A DNA stretch of 11,277 bases, from the NCBI GenBank assembly GCA_035296065.1, contig DATHBR010000035.1, positions 1-11,277 of the forward strand, written 5' to 3'. The translations under genes were made by a program, and so were the position numbers. Under the pieces are notes generated by a model, which had not been told where the DNA came from, ran no database searches, and was given only the letters and a program-made list of their open reading frames with translations. This DNA comes from Myxococcaceae bacterium. GTDB taxonomy: Bacteria; Myxococcota; Myxococcia; Myxococcales; Myxococcaceae. This document shows positions 5,810-11,277 of the stretch, piece after piece. Each line of letters begins with the position of its first letter. The first letter of the stretch is position 1.

Positions 5810-6736
5810 ATGCACGCCGCTTTCCCCCATTCCCATACATGGCTCATTCCCCTGCTGCTGGCGGTGGCGCTGTCGGCGTGTGGCCCCAGGAACCTGAAAG
5901 AGCGCACACGCCACGGGGAGAAGCTGTCCGACGAGGCCTCGTCGCTGTTGGACGACGCCGAGCAGAGCCTGCGCAAGCTGGAGCCCGAACGCGCCGAGGA
6001 GCAGCTGGCGGAGGTAAAGGAGCTGGTGGCGCAGCCGGACATCGAGCTGTCGCCCGAGTCGGAGATGCTGCGCTCGCGGCTGGCGGAGCTGCAGGCCCAG
6101 GTGGTGCCCGCGCGCAAGGAGCGCGAGCGGCGCGAGCTGGATGCGGCGGTGGAGAAGCAGCGCGACGAGATTCTGCGCGCCCAGGAGGCGCTCAACACCG
6201 CGCTCGAGGCGCTGGAGCGCAAGGACGCGGGCCCGGCCCAGGCCGAGGCGGTGCTCGCCGCGGTGGAGCGGACCCAGGCCCGGCTGCGCGAGGGCAAGTC
6301 GCTGGAGTCCCGGAGCGAGGACTACGCGGCCTCGGTGCGCCGCACCGAGCAGCGCCTGACGCAGGCCACGGCCAGGGCCCAGTTCGCCCAGCAGGTGTTC
6401 GCCTACACGGCGGGGCCAGTGGCCTCGCGGCTGGAGGCCGAGGCGCTGGAGAAGAAGGCCAGGGCGGAGAAGGAGCCGGACGCGCAGCTGACGCTCTACA
6501 CGGACGCGCGCGAGCGCTTCCGGCGCTGCGGTGAGGCCTCGCAGCAGCTCATCTCCAAGACGCCCGAGCTGGAACGCACCGCGATTCAGGTCGACGGCCG
6601 CGCCACCACGCCCAAGGCGGTGGGCTCCGGGTGCACCGCGAAGGTGGACTCGCTGCAGCGCACCGTGACGAAGCTGGAGAAGGCCAGGGCCGCCCGCGAG
6701 AAGAAGCGCGCCGCCAAGGCCAAGGCGAAGGGCTGA
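5810..6736 (+). CDS. Coiled-coil lipoprotein, 308 aa.
   Basis: The ATG at 5810 is preceded by GAAGGA (RBS). The signal peptide MHAAFPHSHTWLIPLLLAVALSAC has lipobox L-S-A-C (Cys at 5879-5881). The mature part is E/R/A/L/Q-rich with heptad-like periodicity, which suggests a long coiled coil. The basic tail is KKRAAKAKAKG. GC3 is high. The track ORF start at 5735 is upstream junk: MKHWLRFQHSAAELEIPSENPEGTV. Confidence 0.75.
   Translation: MHAAFPHSHTWLIPLLLAVALSACGPRNLKERTRHGEKLSDEASSLLDDAEQSLRKLEPERAEEQLAEVKELVAQPDIELSPESEMLRSRLAELQAQVVPARKERERRELDAAVEKQRDEILRAQEALNTALEALERKDAGPAQAEAVLAAVERTQARLREGKSLESRSEDYAASVRRTEQRLTQATARAQFAQQVFAYTAGPVASRLEAEALEKKARAEKEPDAQLTLYTDARERFRRCGEASQQLISKTPELERTAIQVDGRATTPKAVGSGCTAKVDSLQRTVTKLEKARAAREKKRAAKAKAKG
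5870..5881 (+). other. Lipobox (L-S-A-C) of the coiled-coil lipoprotein, a putative Lgt/LspA processing site.
   Basis: The codons ctg tcg gcg tgt lie at 5870-5881, immediately after the hydrophobic h-region LIPLLLAVA. Confidence 0.6.
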
Positions 6737-6746
6737 GCGCGCCTGG

Positions 6747-9209
6747 CTACTCGGTGCGCAGCGCCACCATGGGGTCCACGCGCGAGGCGCGCAGCGCGGG
6801 CAGCAGAATGGCCACCAGCGCCACCAGCAGCAGCGGCACCGGCGCGACGATGAAGGCCACCGGATCCAGCTCGCTCACGTAGACGAGCAGGCTGGACAGC
6901 AGGTGGGTGAACCACAGGGACCCCAGCACGCCCAGCGCCAGTCCCAACCCCACCGTCACCAGGCCCTGGCGCAGCACGAGCCACACCAGCTGGGTGCGCG
7001 TGGCCCCCAGCGCCATGCGCACCCCCATCTCCTGGGTGCGCTGGTTCACCAGGTAGGCCAGCACGCCATAGATACCGATCGCGGCCATCAGCAGCGCCAG
7101 CCCCGCCATCAGCCCCATGAGCAGCGTATTGAAGCGCTGAGCGCCCAGCGAGCCGCTGATGTGCTGCTCCATGGGCGTGAACTGAGAGGCGGGCAACTGC
7201 GGATCCTGCTCCCAGATCACGCGCTGGAGGGACTCCGAGAGCGGAACGGTGCTGCTCGTGCCGCGCACGAGCAGACTCTGCGGCAGCAGCGCCACGCCCC
7301 ACGCATGGAACCGCTTGGGCATCTGGCCCAGCGGAACGTAGATGATGGGAGGCGGATCGACGTGCAGCCCCTGCTCTCGCACGTCCTTCACCACGCCAAT
7401 GATCTCCCGACGGCCAATGTCCGCCAGCAGGGGGACCGAGACTCCGAGCGTCACGAACCGTCCGAGCGGGTCCTCGCGAGGCCAGAAGCGCCGTGCCGCG
7501 GACTCATTGACGACCACGACGGGCTGGCTACCCTGGCTATCCAGTTCGTCCAACAGCCGCCCACGCGCCAGCGCGATCTTCAGCACCTTGAAGTAGCCGC
7601 CAGAGACCGGCCGGTACAGCGCGGCACCGACCCGGGTCTGCGTTGGCTCGAGCGGGCCTCCATGAATGTAGAAGTCGACGCCAGGCCCCTGCTCCATGGG
7701 CAGTACCGTCGTGAAGCCCACGGCCTCGACGCCTGGCACGGTCTTGCCCCGCACCGCCATCTGTTGGACGAACGACTCCACGGCCTCGACGCTGCCGTAG
7801 CGTGTCAGGGGCAGCGACAGCTTGATGGCCAGCACTCCTCGCGGATCGAAGCCCGGCTCCACGCCGCTCAGCACCATGAAGCTCCTCACCAGCAGCGAGG
7901 CCCCGGTCAGCAGGATGACGGCGAGCGCCACCTGGCACACCACCAGGATGCGCCGCGTGCGGGCGCCCCGGGCCCCAATCGTGGCGCGCACCGAGCCCAC
8001 CTGGAGCGAGGTATGAGGCGCCAACCGGGAGGACTGCCAGGCCGGCAGCACCCCGAAGACCAGCCCCGAAAGCACGGACACGCCGAAGGTAAAAGCGAGC
8101 ACCATGCCGTCCATGCGGATGGAGTCCCGCAGCGGCAGGCCCTCGGGCGCCAGCGCGAGCAGCCCCGGCAGCGCGCCGACCGCCAGGACCAGGCCCAGCA
8201 CGCCTCCCACACCCGACAGGAGGACACTTTCGGTCAGCAGCTGGCGCACCAGACGCGCGGGGCTGGCGCCCAGCGCGGTGCGCAGCGCCAGCTCACGCTC
8301 GCGCACGGTGGCCCGGGCCAGCTGGAGGTTGGCCAGGTTCACGCACGCGGTGAGCAGCAACAGCCCCACGGCCCCCAGCAGCACCAGCAGCGCGGGCCTG
8401 ACACCGCGGGACATGGCCTCGTGGAGCGATCTGGCCTTCATCACCACCCCGGCGCGAAACAGCTCGGGGCGGCCGGCACGCAGCTGCTCGCCCTGCTCCT
8501 CCACCATGGCGCTCACCTGCTCGGCAGGCACCCCAGGCTTCAGCAGGCCCACCACCGTGAGGTAGTGCGTCGTGTCGGTCTCCGCCAGGTTGAGCTGTAG
8601 GGAAGTCCAGAGCGCCGCGTCCGACGGGTGCCGGAAGCCCGCGGGCGCGACGCCGACGATGGTGTGAGGCTGCCCGTTGATGATGAGGGACTGGCCCACT
8701 GCCTGCGGCTGGCCCCCGAAGCGGCTCCGCCAGAGCCCATGGCTCAGCACCACGACGCGGGGGCCCCCCGGCACATCCTCCTCGGGCAGAAAGCCCCGGC
8801 CATGCGCCGGCCGCACGCCGAACACCTCGAAGAAAGAGCGTGTCACCTGCGCTCCCCAGACGCGCTCGGGAGGCTGGTCCAGTCCCAGGGTGAAGGTGGA
8901 GTTGAACGCGGGGTAGGTGGTGACGCGGGAGAACGGCTGCGGTTGGGCGCTCAGGAAGGCGTACTGCGGAACCGACATGTGCTGAGCGGTCCGGTCCGGG
9001 CTGTAGCGCTCCACCACGAAGAGCCGCTCGGGCTGCGAGAAAGGCAGTGGCCGCAGCAGCACCCCATTGACCACGCTGAAGATGGCCGTGTTGGCGCCAA
9101 TGGCCAGCGCCAGCGTGAGCACCGCCACCGCGGTGAAGCCAGGGCTCTTGCGCAAGAGCCGGGCGGCGAAGCGGAGATCGTCGCGCAGCTCCGTCAGGCG
9201 TCCGTTCAT
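6747..9209 (-). CDS. ADOP-family duplicated FtsX/MacB-like ABC transporter permease. It is an orphan: no ATPase gene lies adjacent.
   Basis: The N-terminus [57 protein letters not shown] is the characteristic ADOP / MacB periplasmic-core-domain leader. Its length (about 820 aa) fits two FtsX modules. The C-terminus [16 protein letters not shown] is the FtsX-family terminal motif. The preferred start is ATG 9207-9209. The track start GTG 9236 adds MRPRSENSS. The stop is TAG at 6747-6749. Confidence 0.85.
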   Translation of the reverse strand: MNGRLTELRDDLRFAARLLRKSPGFTAVAVLTLALAIGANTAIFSVVNGVLLRPLPFSQPERLFVVERYSPDRTAQHMSVPQYAFLSAQPQPFSRVTTYPAFNSTFTLGLDQPPERVWGAQVTRSFFEVFGVRPAHGRGFLPEEDVPGGPRVVVLSHGLWRSRFGGQPQAVGQSLIINGQPHTIVGVAPAGFRHPSDAALWTSLQLNLAETDTTHYLTVVGLLKPGVPAEQVSAMVEEQGEQLRAGRPELFRAGVVMKARSLHEAMSRGVRPALLVLLGAVGLLLLTACVNLANLQLARATVRERELALRTALGASPARLVRQLLTESVLLSGVGGVLGLVLAVGALPGLLALAPEGLPLRDSIRMDGMVLAFTFGVSVLSGLVFGVLPAWQSSRLAPHTSLQVGSVRATIGARGARTRRILVVCQVALAVILLTGASLLVRSFMVLSGVEPGFDPRGVLAIKLSLPLTRYGSVEAVESFVQQMAVRGKTVPGVEAVGFTTVLPMEQGPGVDFYIHGGPLEPTQTRVGAALYRPVSGGYFKVLKIALARGRLLDELDSQGSQPVVVVNESAARRFWPREDPLGRFVTLGVSVPLLADIGRREIIGVVKDVREQGLHVDPPPIIYVPLGQMPKRFHAWGVALLPQSLLVRGTSSTVPLSESLQRVIWEQDPQLPASQFTPMEQHISGSLGAQRFNTLLMGLMAGLALLMAAIGIYGVLAYLVNQRTQEMGVRMALGATRTQLVWLVLRQGLVTVGLGLALGVLGSLWFTHLLSSLLVYVSELDPVAFIVAPVPLLLVALVAILLPALRASRVDPMVALRTE

Positions 9210-9324
9210 CGATGAGTTCTCAGACCTGGGACGCACAGTATCAGCTGCGGGGTGCGCTTGCCGACCCTCGTCACCAGGGGCGCGTTCGGCCTACGCTCAT
9301 AGCGGCGCGACACCGGAGACGGCA
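9210..9324. promoter_or_regulatory. Divergent promoter region between the ADOP permease (-) and the small patatin gene (+).
   Basis: It is a 115 bp spacer between two diverging start codons, and it contains the GGAGA RBS for the patatin gene. The promoters are inferred from the geometry only. Confidence 0.3.
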
Positions 9325-10509
9325 ATGAGCAACGGCACAGGTCAGCACCCCCAGAGCGGCACAGGCCTGGCGATGTCCGGCGGAGGCTTCCGGGCAACGC
9401 TGTTCCACGCCGGCAGCCTCTGGCGCCTCAATGAGCTGGGGTTGCTGCGCTCGCTGACGCGCGTCTCCAGCGTGTCCGGCGGCTCCATCACCAACGGCGT
9501 GCTGGCGCTGGCCTGGCCCAGGCTGGAGTTCGACGCCCAGGGTGTGGCCCGCAACTTCGAGGCGCTGGTGGTTCAGCCGCTGCGCCGCTTCTGCTCCTTC
9601 GACATCGACACGCGGGCCATCGCCAAGGCCTTCCTCCCCGGCCAGCACGCCTGGGAAAAGCTGCGCGACGCTTATGACGAGTACCTCTTCCACGGCGCGA
9701 AGCTGACGGACCTGCCCGAAGCGCCGCAGGCCCCCAGGTTCATCTTCAACGCGACGAACCTCAAGGCGGGCCGCAACTTCCGCTTCACCCGCAGGTACCT
9801 GTCCGACTACCGCATTGGCCTGCTGGACACGGCCGCGCTGGCCGCGCCGGGCAACACGCTGTCCATGGCGGTGGCCGCCTCCAGCGGCTTTCCCCCGCTG
9901 TTCTCACCCATCTCCTTCGACACGGAGCCTACCCACTGGCAGAAGGTGGAGGGCGCGGACCTGGCCGGCAACCCCGAGTACTGCTCCAGCATGAGCCTCT
10001 CAGATGGCGGCGTTTACGACAACCTGGGCCTCGAGCCCGTGTGGAAGAGCTGCCGCACGGTGCTCATCAGCAACGCGGGCAAGCCCTTCGAGTATGGCGT
10101 GGACGTCAACTCGATGATCCTGGCCGCCGATCTGCGCCTGATGATGCGCGTGCTCGACGTGACCATGGACCAGGTGCAGGGGCTGCGGCTGCGGGAGATC
10201 GTCGACAGTTACGAGAGCGGCGAGCACCAGGGCGCGTACTGGGGCATCAACACCAACATCGATGACTACACCCAGCAGCGCCTGAAGCGAAACCTCCCCG
10301 CGCTGACGCCGCCCGCGCTGAGCGTCAGTGCCCAATCCCGCGATGCGCTCGCCGCCATGCGAACGCGCCTCAATGAGTTCAAGCCCGAGGAGCAGAACCG
10401 GCTGATCAACTGGGGCTACGCGGTGTGTGACGCCGCAATGCGCTCCTACGGCGGCGTCAGCCCGGCCACGCCCCCGAGCTGGCCCTACGTCAACTTCCCC
10501 TTGTCGTGA
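9325..10509 (+). CDS. Patatin-like phospholipase (cPLA2/RssA-like), 394 aa, cytosolic.
   Basis: The ATG at 9325 is preceded by GGAGA (9315-9319). The oxyanion motif is MSGGGFRATLFHAG. The nucleophile elbow is S-V-S-G-G (Ser 9475-9477), cPLA2-like GxSGx. The ASSGFPPLF block is conserved. The catalytic Asp is in SLSDGGVYDNLGLEP (Asp 10003-10005). No signal peptide is present. The track start 9067 would overlap the permease gene and adds a low-complexity S/A/R leader. The stop is TGA at 10507-10509. Confidence 0.85.
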   Translation: MSNGTGQHPQSGTGLAMSGGGFRATLFHAGSLWRLNELGLLRSLTRVSSVSGGSITNGVLALAWPRLEFDAQGVARNFEALVVQPLRRFCSFDIDTRAIAKAFLPGQHAWEKLRDAYDEYLFHGAKLTDLPEAPQAPRFIFNATNLKAGRNFRFTRRYLSDYRIGLLDTAALAAPGNTLSMAVAASSGFPPLFSPISFDTEPTHWQKVEGADLAGNPEYCSSMSLSDGGVYDNLGLEPVWKSCRTVLISNAGKPFEYGVDVNSMILAADLRLMMRVLDVTMDQVQGLRLREIVDSYESGEHQGAYWGINTNIDDYTQQRLKRNLPALTPPALSVSAQSRDALAAMRTRLNEFKPEEQNRLINWGYAVCDAAMRSYGGVSPATPPSWPYVNFPLS

Positions 10510-10522
10510 CGGGGCCGCCGGT

Positions 10523-11277
10523 TCAGCGCCGGGAAAGCGTGCCCTGGAATCCATGGGGCTGCGCCATCGCGAACAGCGTCATGCGGACCGCCTCGGGCGC
10601 TGAGGCCTGGAGTCGATAGCGGGTACACATGAGGTGACACAGCAGCATCAACTGCGCGGTGCCCAGGCCGGCTCCAACGCACGTCGAGGGAGCCCAGCCG
10701 AACGGCACATAGCTGGCTCCAGAGCAGGGCCCGTGTGGCGCGCCAGCCAGCCAGCGGTCGGGATCAAAGATGTCCGGGTCCTTCCAGTGCTTCGGATCAT
10801 GGTGAACGAGGTAGGGGCTGACGACGTAGTTCTGCCCCTTCTCGAGGCGCGCCGAGTCCAACGGGATGTCCGTGCGCGCGGTCCGGGTGGTGAACATGGG
10901 CGGGCTCCACATGCGCAGCACTTCCTTGACGAAGCGGTGCGTCACCGGTGCCAGGCGGGTGGGCGCTTCGCAGAAGTCCTCCAGCGCCAGCGGCTGAAGC
11001 TCGCCCGTCAGCCGCTCGGCCCACTCGGGCCTTCGCGTCAGCTCGTAAAGCAGACACGCGGCCGCGGCCCCCGGAGGTCCGGCAATCGCGGTGAGCACGG
11101 CGGTGACCGCGTCCACGGCCCGGTCGATGCCCAGCGCCGGCAGCAGCTCGACGATGGGATCCGCCAGATCGAGCTGACGAGGCCTCTTGCCCTCGGCACG
11201 GCCCTTGAGCTCGCGGCGGACCGCGGAGCCAGCGCCCATGTTGATCCACACGCCCCGCAGCGCCTGCCAGCGCGTCT
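10523..11277 (-). CDS. Cytochrome P450, C-terminal roughly 250 aa. The N-terminus lies beyond the window.
   Basis: The K-helix E-x-x-R is EVLRMWSPP (10913-10924; compare ETLRLHPP). The PERF-like motif is FDPDRW. The heme-binding loop is FGWAPSTCVGAGLG (10673-10702, F-G-x-x-x-x-x-C-x-G spacing). The frame stays open to base 11277 upstream of the track GTG at 11251. The stop is TGA at 10523-10525. Confidence 0.7.
   Translation of the reverse strand, partial: TRWQALRGVWINMGAGSAVRRELKGRAEGKRPRQLDLADPIVELLPALGIDRAVDAVTAVLTAIAGPPGAAAACLLYELTRRPEWAERLTGELQPLALEDFCEAPTRLAPVTHRFVKEVLRMWSPPMFTTRTARTDIPLDSARLEKGQNYVVSPYLVHHDPKHWKDPDIFDPDRWLAGAPHGPCSGASYVPFGWAPSTCVGAGLGTAQLMLLCHLMCTRYRLQASAPEAVRMTLFAMAQPHGFQGTLSRR

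Noticed and set aside
5617-6297. A 226-aa minus-strand ORF and a 231-aa plus-strand ORF (5839-6534) overlapping the lipoprotein gene.
   Set aside because: They are S/A/R-rich and G/A/R-rich respectively. The chosen frame has the signal peptide, lipobox and coiled-coil periodicity together with high GC3.
6903-8600. A 565-aa plus-strand ORF antisense to the ADOP permease.
   Set aside because: It is H/Q/R/G-rich with no hydrophobic segments or motifs. The minus-strand frame has the coherent ADOP/FtsX sequence.
9325-10509. The idea that the small patatin is a CBASS (CapV-type) antiphage effector.
   Set aside because: No CD-NTase/cyclase, no SAVED/STING-like sensor and no E1/E2/JAB accessory genes are present anywhere in the window. 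Both flanks are occupied by the permease and the P450.
10797-11249. A 150-aa minus-strand ORF in an alternate frame within the P450 gene.
   Set aside because: It is G/R/A-rich. The other minus frame contains the ExxR, PxRW and Cys-loop P450 motifs.
1-11277. CRISPR arrays, IS elements/transposases, integrases, rRNA/tRNA genes.
   Set aside because: No regularly spaced direct repeats are present. No transposase or integrase-like translation appears in any frame. There are no terminal inverted repeats and no rRNA-like conserved blocks.

Overview
This is an 11.3 kb, very GC-rich (roughly 70%) segment. Its codon usage is strongly GC3-biased and the gene content looks myxobacterial (Myxococcota-like): an ADOP-type duplicated FtsX permease, lipoproteins, and GTG starts. 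I support nine coding regions in strictly alternating orientation. (1) A partial Fe(II)/2-oxoglutarate dioxygenase C-terminus of the TauD/TfdA type at the window start. (2) A small, high-GC3 hypothetical membrane ORF. (3) A clear ElaA-family GNAT acetyltransferase. (4) A giant (about 1160 aa) Sec-exported patatin-like phospholipase with a long non-catalytic C-terminal extension. (5) A STAS-fold (SpoIIAA-like) small protein immediately upstream of it and co-oriented, so a probable two-gene operon. (6) An E/R/A-rich coiled-coil lipoprotein. (7) An orphan ADOP/MacB-like permease with no ATPase gene in the window. (8) A second, compact cytosolic patatin-like phospholipase with canonical motifs. 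(9) A partial cytochrome P450 with a non-canonical heme loop. I found no rRNA, tRNA, CRISPR or mobile element. Every long antisense or alternate-frame ORF in the track has the R/G/A/P/H/Q-rich composition typical of spurious ORFs in high-GC DNA. The most interesting signal is the locus 1632-10509: two unrelated patatin-like lipases, one of them exported and giant, together with a STAS partner, a coiled-coil lipoprotein and an orphan FtsX-type permease. That combination suggests an uncharacterised envelope-lipid remodelling or phospholipase antagonism module. All family assignments come from motif reading by eye and need HMM or BLAST confirmation.
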